Assembly: GCA_040954595.2 (NCBI GenBank) | Contig: CM082576.2 | Coordinates: forward strand, 18,833,028-18,897,027 | Direction: 5' to 3' | Length of the DNA: 64,000 nt | Origin: Balanoglossus misakiensis | Lineage: Eukaryota > Animalia > Hemichordata | Shown: piece by piece, positions 1-11,844 of the stretch | How the letters are laid out: each line of letters starts with the position of its first letter | Numbering within the stretch: the first letter of the stretch is position 1 | Made by a program: the position numbers and the translations under genes | The notes under the pieces: model-generated | The model's input: only the letters and a program-made list of their open reading frames with translations | What the model was told of the DNA's origin: nothing | Databases searched by the model: none

Positions 1-271
1 CACGCCATCGAAACGACTGCAGGTGCCTAAAACCCCTTGACTGTAGGACACAAATGCCTGACAGTGATATAACTATGTTATAATGTTACATCGACAATAC
101 ATAAGTTTGGGGATATGTTGTCTCAAATGATCAAATTGAGACAAATTATCCCCATCTTGTTATAAATCTGAGCCCAGGTGTCTTTGGTGTGAGATTCCAG
201 TAGTCAAGAGTAGGCTTACCTTGAATAATGTAATGCTTGTAAATAATGTATAATTTCTTCTTACCCTCCAG

Positions 272-394
272 ATATGAATGAATGTCACAGTGGTGGAAAT
301 GCGTGCCAACACTATTGTCAGAATACCCATGGTAGTTATTGCTGCGCTTGCAGACAAGGCTTCAATGTGCTGGAGGATGGCCATGCATGTGCAG
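272..394 (+). CDS. Exon encoding one calcium-binding EGF-like domain (phase 1-1) of a multi-EGF extracellular protein gene
   Basis: Acceptor ttcttcttaccctccAG, donor GTatgt; 123 nt. Manual translation (D)MNECHSGGNACQHYCQNTHGSYCCACRQGFNVLEDGHACA matches the cbEGF consensus D-x-N-E-C...C-x-N-T-x-G-S-Y-x-C-x-C-x-x-G-F. Confidence 0.9.
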
Positions 395-1060
395 GTATGT
401 AACTGTGGATATTGATCTCTTCTGTGGCTACACTGTTTGGGGATTGCATATTGCTATGGTTACAATAAAACATGCATCCTGTCTGTCCATTGCACACATT
501 TTAAAATTTGAAATCAACCGCACACTCGTACTGAACACATGTTTGTTGAAATTGTATCTCAGAATTTTTCCATTTATAATTATGCATAATATAATCAAAT
601 TAACAAATGTGAAAACTTATCTTTGAAAATTTGTTTGCAAGGGTGAAAAATTAATCTGTTGTTTTAAAAATCAGACAAAGTTTTGCTGACAGGGTACACG
701 AGTTTCAGGGGATTTTGTTAAAATGAGAATGATAGAGAGTGTTAAAATTCCTAGATTCTGAGATTGCCATGGATATTGAGGACTTTGACGTAAAAACAAT
801 TAATTGATCAAGAAATATGTGGTTAAGTATATGTGTGATCAACCTCACACTATACTATAAGACTGTCTGATATATTTATGCACAAGTACAATGTATTTTC
901 ACTACTTATATGCATAACTCAATCAAATTAACATAATTTATCGACCTATAGCTATTAAATTACCACAGCAAGGAATAAATATTCACTTAGAAAATTCATA
1001 TAGTTTTCATCTCATTTTAAAGACATTATAAATGCTTCTCCGAGGGGTACAATAATTTTT

Positions 1061-1607
1061 AGGGTAAGCCTAATTCAAGATTCACGTTTCAAGATTCACG
1101 TTTCATGTTCCACAGCCCAAGATTCATATTCTGATTCAGATTCCAGTCTTGTCTAATATGTTTATGCTGCCGTAACCAGGGGTGTGAACGATTGTTTATT
1201 GTCCTCGATCCCCGCCCAAGCAAGGTTCCCCAAATATTCTGTTCGATTATCGCGTGACGTCATTGTCGGGTATCTCGTCAAGTTCAGTTTCAACAACATT
1301 TTTCAAAGAGAGATGCACCCTATTTATTATTTTCTAACACATGAATGACCCTAGGCCTGAGATCGCACCATGGCCGGCAATCTTGGTATTCACAGATACT
1401 TTTAAGCGTAATTCTGATATAATTGATAGGTTTAGGTATATTTTACAACCGATAACTTAAGCAAAGGACTAATTCCTATATTCTGAATCAAGTGAAAGCA
1501 ATGTAGATGGCGAAAGGATGTGACAAGACTCGAATCTGAATCAGAATATGAATCTTGGGCTGTGGAACGTGAAACTTGAAACGTGAATCTTGAATTAGGC
1601 TTACCCT
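1061..1607. mobile_element. MITE with ~90-bp terminal inverted repeats
   Basis: agggtaagcctaattcaagattcacgtttc...gtcttgtc (1061-1153) is the near-perfect reverse complement of 1522-1607. Flanked by the direct repeat aattttt (1054-1060 and 1608-1614). No ORF. Confidence 0.85.
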
Positions 1608-1997
1608 AATTTTTAATGGGTATATTCTTAATAACTCATCACCATGAATGATCATTTCAAAACTTAACAAGGCATATGGCTAAAGAGGATTCAGTGTTTG
1701 TGCACCTTCTATCTGCTATGCTGGATCTATTGACAGTTTTCAAAGGGGTTTAAAGACTCGTCTTTTTATTCAGTACTTTCTATTTCATTCCATTGCTTTT
1801 TTGGTTAATAGGGACTGTCTTTCAGAACTCTTTGGTTTGTTTCGTGTTTTTAAGTGTAATTTATTATCCTTTAAGCTTTCACTTGTTTTCTAATTTTATT
1901 ATTTTCTGTAGAAAATGCACTGAGATGTATGTGTATTATGTTTGTCAGGAAATAAATAATAATAAAATTAAAAATAATAAACTATCTTTGATTTCAG

Positions 1998-2036
1998 ATG
2001 TCAATGAATGTATGGAGAGAGCAGATCTTTGTGAGA
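1998..2036 (+). pseudogene. 5' half of a second cbEGF exon (interrupted)
   Basis: Acceptor tctttgatttcAG then (D)VNECMERADLCE. The EGF pattern breaks at the duplicated 14-mer gagagcagatcttt and the frame reaches TAA at 2069-2071. Confidence 0.75.
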
Positions 2037-2204
2037 GCAGATCTTTATCTCAAGGCGCCACAGAGGAATAAAGGTCCTTCTTTTGTTGCATTTCGAATAG
2101 ATTCGTGTAATTCACTTTTGTTTGGGCTCCCTAAGTACTAGATCAGCCGTATTCAAGTTCAAAATATTGCTGCTAGTTCCAAAATCACTGTTTACATCAA
2201 TGCA

Positions 2205-2370
2205 ATTTCAGTTCCATTGGTTACCTGTGTCTGATCGTATTGTTTTCAATATTTTATTTCTTATTTTTGAATTCATTCATAGACTTGGACCATCATATCT
2301 GTCTGATATGATCAAATTATATGTTCCAAATCGAAACTTGAAGTCAGCTGATCAGCTCAAACTCTGTCCT
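2205..2370 (+). mobile_element. L2/CR1-clade LINE fragment (C-terminal region of RT ORF2)
   Basis: ORF 2122..2451 contains FHWLPVSDRIVFNILFLIFEFIHRLGPSYLSDMIKLYVPNRNLKSAD, matching the typical LHWLPVxxRIxFKxxxxxFKxxxGLAPxYLxxxxxxYxPxRxLRS motif. Confidence 0.8.
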
Positions 2371-3160
2371 GTTCAGCCCAATGCAATGATGACAACAACA
2401 ATTGCTTGCCTTCAGACACAAATATTTATTGCATACATTATCAGCGAATAAAGGGAAATGGTTTTGAAGTTACAGTTGGCATTTTGCATTTTCGAAATGT
2501 CTACTTATATCCCAGGCCACGATACGGAGAAAAAAATAAAAATACACCAGCTGAGCTCCTCACACGTACATAGTCATGTATGGTAAACCTGGCATTCTGT
2601 CCATATGGGACCTACATTTGTAGGCGATTGATCGATGTTGTGTCGAAATCAGGCCAGTAATTAAGTTAAAACTTGGTTAATACGTTACCTTAGGGTGTTA
2701 TACATTATCCAGTAACTGTTTTACTTAAGAATTGCCTTTCAAAAGCTGTTTACCCACGGTAAACGTATCGTTTCACGATCAACGCAACACTTCTGTATTT
2801 ACAAGTCTAACATGGAGCCGGAGAGGTCAACGTATACTTCCGGGTCATATCGTCGAACGACATTGATTATTTTTAAGCGGACTGTTACACAAGCATTTCG
2901 AATTAATTTCTTTTCACGGATGTTCGGACCGATATTAGACCTCTCTGTCAGGAAAGTTTGGTTAACTTCCGAGGTCGTTTTCAATGATTTTTGAAACGTT
3001 TGTGGACGTCTCTTTAGGGGTCACCAACATACCACCGAAAACACGTTAAAAACTTCTACTACTATTAAGGACAGATTTTCATAAAATTTACGTCTGCAGT
3101 GAAAAATGGGAATCACTTTCGTAATTTATCCAGCTAACATGGTTTTTTATTGCACAACAG

Positions 3161-3209
3161 AGTTGCAGACCAGGATTTAAGTTGCACAGAAATCAACATA
3201 CATGTGTTG
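3161..3209 (+). pseudogene. 3' half of the interrupted cbEGF exon
   Basis: agt tgc aga cca gga ttt aag ttg cac aga aat caa cat aca tgt gtt g = SCRPGFKLHRNQHTCV, followed by the phase-1 donor GTgagt at 3210. Confidence 0.75.
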
Positions 3210-3354
3210 GTGAGTATCTACAATTTGGAGAGAAAGTAAGATGTATGGGTTTGTACAATGTAAGTGTCTTATACATGTATATTTGACACTGAAATCATAT
3301 ATTGTACAATCAGTCATTGGTAAATGTCTGCTATTCATGACACAAATAAAAAAA

Positions 3355-3546
3355 CAGTCAAACCTGTGTGAGTGGCCACCTCTATTAGGCAGCCACCTCT
3401 ATATAGTGGCCACTTTATTCTAGTCCCTATGCAATTTACATCTACATTAATTGACTTTTCTACAAGGTATAATGGCCACCTATCTATAAAGGCCAGTTTA
3501 GAAAAGTCCCTTCACTAGCCACAATAGACACTTGTGTTGATTTCTG
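3355..3546. mobile_element. Degenerate Tc1/mariner (pogo-like) MITE
   Basis: Starts cagtcaaacctgtg, has repeated (g)gccacct(c/a)t motifs, and ends with a decayed ...tagacac...ctg-TA. Same terminal type as 3981-4150. Confidence 0.5.
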
Positions 3547-3980
3547 TATGTTTTACGTGTAACACAATCAGGACATTTTTCATAAAGAGGGCAGCCTTCC
3601 AAAATAAAGTGTCATCTCAATGCAGACAATGTGAAAAAGGCGGTCAGTAGAGTACTGCTCGAGCTCATCTAGTTTGTTGTATACATGATACATGTACAAG
3701 TTGTGTGTAAAACTGACCTTACAATAAAATGTGGCTGTCCAAGTACATAAGTTTCAACTATAGTGTTGATACAAAAGACAATAAAGTTTTTACTTTGTGA
3801 CCAACTTGCCTCGTGTTCGTGTCGTGGAAGGGTAACATGACTGCATAGCAATGTTTTATTAAAATTTTGTACATAGAGAAATGGACTACTGGGAACTATG
3901 TAAATGATGCCCTGAGCCTAAAAATTCTGACTGTCTGCAATTATAGTTTTAGCATTTTTGTTCAATTGCACTTTCAAGTA

Positions 3981-4150
3981 CAGTCAAACCCGTCTAACAC
4001 CAAAGGGACTGAAGAAATTGTTCAGATTGCAGGTGTCCAATTTAAAGAGGTTCTTTCAACATGTGGTTCTATGTCAAAAGGTTTGAACAATGTCTTTGAA
4101 ATAGACATGTTTCCAGATTAGACAGGGTTCGGTTGAGACAGGTTTTACTG
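3981..4150. mobile_element. Tc1/mariner (pogo-like) MITE with TA target-site duplication
   Basis: TA|cagtcaaacccgtctaac ... gttgagacaggttttactg|TA: imperfect ~19-bp TIRs with TA on both flanks. Confidence 0.8.
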
Positions 4151-5253
4151 TATTTTGATACATGCTCTGGCTTAACCCTTTCACCAACATGGTTCAGTCT
4201 AAACCCTTTATTTTCTATGGTAAGGCTGGATCTTTAAAGAGGAAACTGTTTTTTTTTCTGGGAATCTCTTTATTTCTTCTGTCACAAAAATTGCATGGGA
4301 GTTCTAATTCTAAAAGGAAAACTGATTTCATAAAAGATCTCAAAGTCAAGTTTTGGATGTGGCTCCATTTCAAGTATTGTAGGTGACTAGTTTTCCGGAG
4401 TTCAAGTCTTTATACTTGCAGTAGAGTTGGTCACATGTACTTGGGTAATCTGAGTGTGGTCAGAAATTGAACTTACACACATTGAGTTGAGTTAAGAATA
4501 TGTCTGGTGTATTACTGTAATATGACTAGATACAGCAAATGCATTAACTATAAGCGTATGTTAAAATACACAGTTTCCATGGACAAATCTGAGTGATGAA
4601 ATTAAATACACATGTTCATTAAATCCCACCATGATAGAGCGCCCCCGCTGTTCAGAATGTCCATTTTGAAGTCCTACATATATGATGTCATGCCTAGCTG
4701 TCAATGTTAACTGATGTGTACTTGTACTACTAGTAAATGGAAGTACTTTAAAGTAAAGCTCAGATGCAAGGTTTTGTAAAATAAATATAATATTAAAACG
4801 TTGCCATCATTTTAGCCATTTTGAACAGCGGTCCAATTGACTAATGTGATCACTCTGTATGCGGCATATGGCATATTAAGCATTTAGTATTTTTCAATCA
4901 GAAGCCGTTAATCCTGTGATTAATTCTGCTTCTTGCAGCATTGATTTTAAATCACCACACATGAATAATTTTGTCCAAAGGACTGCGGTGCCCAAGTGTT
5001 TATGATAAGATAAACAAACGGTGAAATTCACTGAAGAAGTGAGCGAGCACTTGCCCATTCATTGTTCAATGAAAGGTGACCACCAAAACAAAAGTATTGA
5101 GAAAATAACCCGAAGTTGGAGTTACTGAGTTTTAAATTGATTTCAAGTGAAAAGCTTGGATTGGCTGAAGCTCCTGTAGTCAGTTACCTGTAGGTAGATT
5201 GACACACATGACAATGTTTGACTGTTTACACTTTTCTTTGTTTGATCTTTCAG

Positions 5254-5500
5254 AGGAATATTCAAGCACTGCAGAAGAATCTAGAGATGGCACAGAAAAA
5301 AAGAACTTGAATTGAAACAACAGCAAGATCAACATGCCAGACAAAGTCCACTCATAGCACTAAGACAACAACATCAACAACAACAGCAATTACAAAGGTT
5401 ACAACAACAGAGAGCCCAACAACAACAACAACAACAAGCAGTGCAAGCACAGCCATCCAATATACAATCAACAAATCAACAACTAAGTCACCTCTTACAA
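5254..5500 (+). pseudogene. MED25: Q-rich exon resembling the invertebrate Mediator subunit MED25 C-terminal region; +1 frameshift in an A7 run
   Basis: Acceptor tttgatctttcAG, donor GTaagt; 247 nt (246+1). Removing one A at 5296-5302 gives RNIQALQKNLEMAQKKELELKQQQDQHARQSPLIALRQQHQQ...STNQQLSHLLQ, with a coiled-coil motif and an LxxLL box as I recall from MED25 (human NPQLRSLL). Gene identity is from memory, not a search. Confidence 0.55.
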
Positions 5501-5801
5501 GTAAGTTGTCATAATAATGTGTACAGTGAATATTTTGAAAACCAAGACTGGTACCAGTGGCACTTCTGGGAATTGTTATGTGGGGAAAAATAAAATCAGT
5601 TTTCTCAAAAAGGAGCTTTCTTGATGGTACAAATAACATTGGTCTGTGCCATTCCCAAAATTATTTTAATGTATTGAAGACCTGAAAGTCACACAGAATA
5701 AATTCAATGCACTATTTGCCCAACATGACAACTTTTCCCCACACAGATTTAGACGTGGTGGGTATGGCCGATTTGCCTCAAATACACACCACATCTATTA
5801 A

Positions 5802-7299
5802 CACTTTCACTGCGTAGTTAATATATGCTAATGTATTCCTGTGCGTAGTTTCCTATGGTAAATTTAACTAATAAACAATGTTTTACTTTACCCTCTCTAT
5901 CTCTTGTAATATGAAAGTATATGCAATGATATTTCCAGCAAGTATATTTTATAAGACAACCAACATAATAAAACTGAAAAATGGTCACATGACCATTAAT
6001 TGGTCATGTGACACTGGCAGCCATAATGGATTTCTGTCGAAATATGGTAAAAACAACAGATATTGTAATATAAGTGACTGAAATACTGTATTTAATTCAT
6101 TGTATCACAGCTGACAGACAAACATAGTCAAAAACAACTTCCCCCTGTATAAAAGGGAATAACAAGTGACTTTTGAGCAAGAAATTTGATCAAATTTATT
6201 AATGGACCATAAAAACAATTATCAAATCATGCCCACCATTTACATGTATACATGTTTAAAATCTGAGAAAGAAATATAGATTATTAGTGAAAAGGTGAAT
6301 GATTGAACTTGTAAATAAATAATAATAATAAAATAAATTAATTAAGTAATTTATTAAATACTCTACGTTTTAATGAATTGCAAGTTGAAGAAATCAAGGT
6401 TGGTAAATATGAATATACACACATTTAAAAAAAATTCATTAGCATAGTACTGTTTTGGCAATTCATTTCAAATGGATATAATACTCTGACAACATAGACT
6501 TCTGGCAAAGTCCCATCAAGATTTGCAAAGAAACCTACGCCTTCATGTAATTCAGTGAAGTAGGCATCTAGCGAAATCTTGACCGTAAGGGCAACTCATC
6601 AATTGCAGGGTTGTCAAAAAATTGTGCGGTGTACATATCAGTTTGCTCTGACAATGACATCAACTCAAACACATCACCAGGAAAGAACAGCTGAAAAAAG
6701 TCAACCGGTGCAAAGTCATCAGTGTCAACTAATAAACCTTAGCGACGATCGTATACAGACAACCAGTCCGGTGTGTAATTGTCATTTACGTCATACAAAA
6801 CCCACCGCGTGTCACCATCAACGTTACGACATCCGAGAACATGACAAAAACCCTCCCTCTCTCTCTGTCTCTACTCTGTTGTCTCCGTGTCTGGCTTCTA
6901 TTTCTGGTTCTATGATGTTGTTGTCCGTAATTTGGCTTCCGCTATCGCTATGATCGCTGTCACTATCCTGAAAGACTTATTCAAGAACTTCGTCGGCATC
7001 AAACTTTGCCCATGTCGCCATTTTTAAATACCAAGTGAATGAAAAAATATGATCGGGGCGACCTAAAATCAGCTGTTTAAGGAAACCCTTTGATGACAAA
7101 ATCGACTTGATTGTTTACAATACATATGCGCATGCTCAATTAGGGTTGACCCCTGTCCTATATATAGTCATACAAAATGAGTAAATAAGCAACGAACATA
7201 AAATAGAACAGACCAAGTAACGGACGCGATCTTGGCGCATTTATGCGCCTCCCGCATTCTGACTGCCGGCGCAGAAAATGCCCTCCCGCAGCGAAAGTG
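5802..7299 (-). mobile_element. Internally deleted piggyBac DNA transposon
   Basis: TTAA|cactttcactgcg ... cgcagcgaaagtg|TTAA (13-bp TIR, one mismatch, TTAA TSD), enclosing a transposase remnant on the minus strand. Confidence 0.88.
6478..7021 (-). pseudogene. piggyBac transposase N-terminal remnant (PGBD4-like) with stops and a frameshift
   Basis: Manual minus-strand translation: MATWAKFDADEVLE*VFQDSDSDHSDS...DDFAPVDFFQLFFPGDVFELMSLSEQTDMYTAQFF...SRFR*MPTSLNYMKA*VSLQILMGLCQKSMLSEYY. Fits the PxDFFxLFF / ETNxYA / EMKAFxGLxILMG motifs. Confidence 0.8.
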
Positions 7300-8053
7300 T
7301 TAATATTCATGAGTTTACTTTTCTTGTTTACGTACACTACTATAACAATTGGAAATCTCGAGAATGTCTATTTCATCAAGTTGACAACCCCCACATGTGT
7401 AAGTCATGTACATAAACAAAAATAGTCTGGTGTGTGGAGCCTCCTCCCTTTTTGAAATACTTTTTTATGCAATCAGTCCAAACTCATGATCAGTCCAACC
7501 TGTTCAGTTTTAGTGTGGGGAAAAGCTGGAATGAAAGCAGACCTAAATTACAGACAACGAAATACAACAAATCTTGTCTCATTCTTATTTTCAATTCCTC
7601 TAGTTTTTCCATGGTACCAGTGTGGAAGCACTGATGATAAACTGTGGCAGACAGTTTTAAATGACGACAATCATCTTACTCTTATGTACATATGCGTTAA
7701 TTTTGTGTGTACAAAATAACGTCCAATCCAAATATCTGCAAATTTTATGTGCGTGCATTCATATAGTGGACTGCCTTCGCTTCCTTCTATATTTCTTGCA
7801 CGCCATATAAGAAGAATTTAGTTTTGACTCTTCTTTTCACTCAATTTGCTGTCTTTTCCTAATCTATGACACAGACTATGGTTGCCGCCACCTTGTCTGT
7901 TGTTAAGACAGCACTTGTGGCATAGATAAAAAAATTATAACTAGAGTCTCTGCTTTGGCAAGTGTGCGTTAGACGATCAATACCCTTTAACAAAACTCTG
8001 CTTAGAATTCAAATCATATTCTTTTCAAAATGTCAGCATCTGATTACATAGTG

Positions 8054-8250
8054 AATTAAAGCTGCAAGCAGTGTTCACTAGGCCCAAGCAATTCCCAGGG
8101 TTCCTACAGAATGCCAAGGATTATCTGCTGTGGATACCCACAATTTTGTCAAAAAGTTTTGATCCTAAACTGATCTATGTCCTACAAAATCGAAACTTCT
8201 AGATCTATTGGTTAGCCTAGAATTAGGAGTGTACATAATTAATTAGGTCA
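8054..8250 (-). mobile_element. 3'-end fragment of the same Helentron-like family as 42553-43825
   Basis: Reverse complement reads ...ccaatagatctagaag...agcagataatcc...ggaaccctgggaattgcttgggcc...aacactgcttgcagctttaatt, aligning by eye with 43627-43825. Confidence 0.75.
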
Positions 8251-8448
8251 ACAGGGGTCCTGAAACTAACCATCAAATTTTAGACACAGCTTAAATCAAT
8301 TTCCCATTGTACAGTTACTATATGCCGCCCTAAATTTCAGTCTGATTGACAAATGTGAAGAAAATTAAAAAGAGATGTCGTCTGATACATTGCCATTTTC
8401 TGTGAAGTGACTTTAAAAGAAAACTGTTTTGTTTGTATTCAACTGCAG

Positions 8449-8721
8449 CAGCAACAACAAGCCAGCAGAACACAAGCAACCATTCCACCACCAAAACAAC
8501 AAACAGCAGCAACAAAACAAACATGGCAACAACAACAACAACAGCAGCAGTTATCACAACAACAACAACAACAACAACAGCTGTAACTAGGACAACAGCC
8601 AAGGCCGTGACCAAAGGTACCTCAGATGGGCTTGGCACCCAGCTTGCAACAAACACAGCAACAATCAAGTAGTACTCTGCTGGCTGATGACCGGAGATTT
8701 TTTGATATTCTGAATCAATAA
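8449..8721 (+). pseudogene. MED25: Terminal Q-rich exon of the MED25-like fragment with two nonsense codons
   Basis: Phase-0 acceptor ...aactgcAG; reads QQQQASRTQATIPPPKQQ...QQQL*LGQQPRP*PKVPQMGLAPSLQQTQQQSSSTLLADDRRFFDILNQ*. Stops TAA 8584 and TGA 8608 are single C>T changes from CAA and CGA. The acidic-hydrophobic tail recalls the MED25 end (EDDILMDLI). Confidence 0.5.
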
Positions 8722-9229
8722 ATTTATACAGGAAACTGACTATAATGAACAGGAGACTGTTCATGCCTTTATTACCATTGTAACTTCTATATACTAAATG
8801 AAACACAGATGCCCAAAGAAATGTCAAAAATTTCTCAAGGTATGCGGGAATTTTCAAATATTCCAGACAGTCGAGTGTTGGGGATTTGGAATATTTATCA
8901 CTCTCATTTACTGTATACAGACATATCCATTCCAAAGCTATCACCTCCACTCATTCTTCAGTGTTCCTTGATTTAAAAAAAAATAATTTCGAAACAGATC
9001 AAATAACACGAAATTGTTATTCCAGTGTAGTAACAGAATATACTCGGTCTGTACTAATTCTTGCATTAGCTTTACATTGTTTCCATCACAATGCCCTATT
9101 TCAATATAACCATATTTGTATGCCGGGCGGATGTAACTAGTTGTCAGTGTCTATTGTAATACAAAGTCTGCCATACACAAAGCAACTGTGCATTGTCTTC
9201 TGGTGTGAAAAAAAGATACTTAGGATGTA

Positions 9230-9435
9230 TGTAAAATGGGAAATTTTCATGAGAGATAAATTCGCCCGAATCATGCAAGTGCTAAAAAAACACGAAAACT
9301 AAAAAGTCGCGTAAACATGTTTTTCAGAAATAATGATGAATTGAAATTCGAGAATGCGATAATTAATCGTTGCATAACAGTTGCCACATTTGATATTATG
9401 AAAATTTCCCGTTGCGAAAATTTCATGTTTTACAG
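9230..9435. mobile_element. Degenerate TA-flanked MITE
   Basis: tgtaaaatgggaaattttcatg ... gcgaaaatttcatgttttacag|TA imperfect TIRs, with internal gcgaa/ttcgc-type repeats. Confidence 0.55.
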
Positions 9436-9810
9436 TATATAGCCATATTTTTTCCACTTCCAAAACTAACATCAAGAGTCATGCATGCCACTGGCCCAAT
9501 AAAGCCTGATAGCTCTTGCTGGGAATTGTGATGTAACTAGCATCCCCCTTAAAGTCACTGACATTAACTGAACAATGGCGATTGTGTGTAAGGTTATAGT
9601 AAAGGCAAGGCTAATTTAAATTTAAAATGGTACCAATCCTTAATCACACATATGTATCCTTTGACCAATCATTGGAAAAACAAAGTCCGTGATTGACTTC
9701 AAAGGGATGCTAATTACATCACGATTCCCTGCAAGGGATATTATGCTTTATTTGGCCAGTGGCATGCATAGTTTTTTGAAAGCAAAGCAGATAAAATACA
9801 GCTATATACT
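9434..9810. mobile_element. Foldback-type MITE with ~120-bp imperfect inverted arms
   Basis: agtatatagc...atgcatgccactggcccaataaagc...gggaattgtgatgtaactagcatccc (9434-9558) pairs with gggatgctaattacatcacgattccc...gctttatttggccagtggcatgcat...gctatatact (9694-9810). Confidence 0.75.
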
Positions 9811-10786
9811 AGACTAATACCTTATTAACTCCTGATCATTGGAGAATGTATCTCTAAAGTTACTCTCTATCGCTCCCTCAGGGAAGAGAGCAGTAGACAG
9901 CTCTTTGAGTGTCAGAACTTCCAGTTGTATACCAATCATTTGTATTACCCAATCACAGACTTTGTGTTATTGGTCATTTATCTATCCAATTGAAACTCAT
10001 GTGTTCATTGGAGCATTACACCAAAGAAGTCACACTATAACAGTGACAATACAACACTTGCAAAAACATGGATTGCTCAGGTCAGCCTATCTGGTTCCAG
10101 ATTATCTGTGACCCAACTAATGCAGCTATAATGAATGTGTTTGGTTATATACAGAGATTTGTAGATTGTATAAGACGTGTTAATATCACACTCTAGCATG
10201 GGGCAATGTATATTTATCTTGTGAAAGCCACAAAGTCACTAGCTCTTGATGTTCATTTTCTATTTTTGTTGTTGAATAATTTATTATGAAATTAGATTGA
10301 AGCTGAACTCACGACATATGTGTGGACATAACACGTTTATACGTCCATGTCATAATTTTTGTTAAAGCCAAACAATTAAATATCACCATTATAACAAAAT
10401 TAACAACAATGTAACCCCGGGGCTGTCACTTTTTTGAATGGATACCGATCCAGAGTTAATGTTTCATTGGAAAGTCTAACAGTGTTTTGAAATGTCACAT
10501 TGTAATTTGAAAGTTTGGGCTTGGGCAGTGACAATGACATTGTTTGTGTACACAATTTGAAATGGAGCTCTATGAAAAGAGAAAAGTGGTGTGTGAAAAA
10601 GAATGAAGTCTTTGGGCTTATATCAGGTGCCTTCATTTGACTCTCAAGGAGAGTTTTGTAAAACAATTAACTTGTTGTGTGTCAGCATTATTGGGAAAGA
10701 TTAAGCACACACATGTATACAGGTTAGATTATAATGGAAAATCACCATCAGCCTTTTTTCTTAGCACACTCACCTTTCACCCCCAG

Positions 10787-10861
10787 TTCCCTGTGTAGAC
10801 ATCCAACTTTTCCAACAGAAACAATGGATTTGGACAGAACCATTAGTTCATTTGAATACCG
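10787..10861 (+). CDS. Possible small phase 1-1 exon, unidentified
   Basis: Pyrimidine-rich acceptor cctttcacccccAG, donor GTatgt, 75 nt open: PCVDIQLFQQKQWIWTEPLVHLNT. Confidence 0.3.
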
Positions 10862-11844
10862 GTATGTATGTAATATGTGTATTTATAACATACATCATGC
10901 TAACACTGTGTCATGATTCACCAGAATCCGTCACGTGATAAGAAAATAGAATCGACTATGAATCCTCTAGGGAAATAGCAGAAAATATATAAACTGGTCA
11001 CGTGACCAACAGGATATAAAAGAATCCCATGCATATACTTTGTCAGTTCACCTCTGTAGCCAGACTGGCCATACGTATGAACTGATGATGTCCCTGTTAT
11101 AGGCATATGTCTTGTGAAACATATAAACCACTTTGGTGTGTTTTGTGTTTGGTGAACAGCGTGACAAGCATGTTAGAATCAAACTATTACATGCATGTTA
11201 AGAAATATAGTCTGTTATATGGAAGTGACCATAGTTGCCATATTATTAAAATCACATTTTTAATATCAATATTCACATGTCATTGCTTTCTACGTTTCTT
11301 GAATTTCCTATCATTTTATGTTAACAAAAACAAGAGCCTTCTGTGACAACTTTCGAAAATATTTCATGTAATCAGCCATTCATTTTATGTGTGTGTGAAT
11401 AATGACCCCATGAGGCTGTAGAATCATGTATAGTGCTGAAGGGGACGCCATCCATAGCTTTCATATTGCATAAGATGCTAAGTTGGTATTTTCCACATAT
11501 TGCTTTTTTGTACTGAGAGTTCTGTATGTTACGCAGTCCTTAAGAAGAGCTTTTGACAAACATTTCATTGTACTTTCAAGACTGCTACAGTATTTAGATA
11601 TTATATGCAGTATTAGGAAGAAATATCTTTAATATTTTTATTCTAACAATTTTCCCATCATGCTAAACAAGTAGACAGAAATGTCATGTTAGGATTTTTG
11701 CATACATAAAATAAATATTCTGACAAAATAAGTGCTTTTGTCTGTCTCTTTGATTTCAGGTGAGGATCAGTATTTGTTGTTGCTTTTTCCAGCGTAGATT
11801 CCAATCAGAAGACAATTGTGATGAACAGTATGTTCTGTTTGATT

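Noticed and set aside
7430-7960. Possible decayed coding sequence on the minus strand
   Set aside because: No recognisable domain in the frames I translated.
8330-8950. 206-aa minus-strand V-rich ORF and the T-rich mucin-like ORF 8433..8672
   Set aside because: Antisense and alternate-frame readings of the CAA/CAG poly-Q exon; the same applies to 5352..5639.
11747-11765. Acceptor immediately followed by a donor-like sequence (tctttgatttcAG|GTgagg), a possible recursive splice site
   Set aside because: A single short motif with no transcript evidence; could be chance or an exon remnant.
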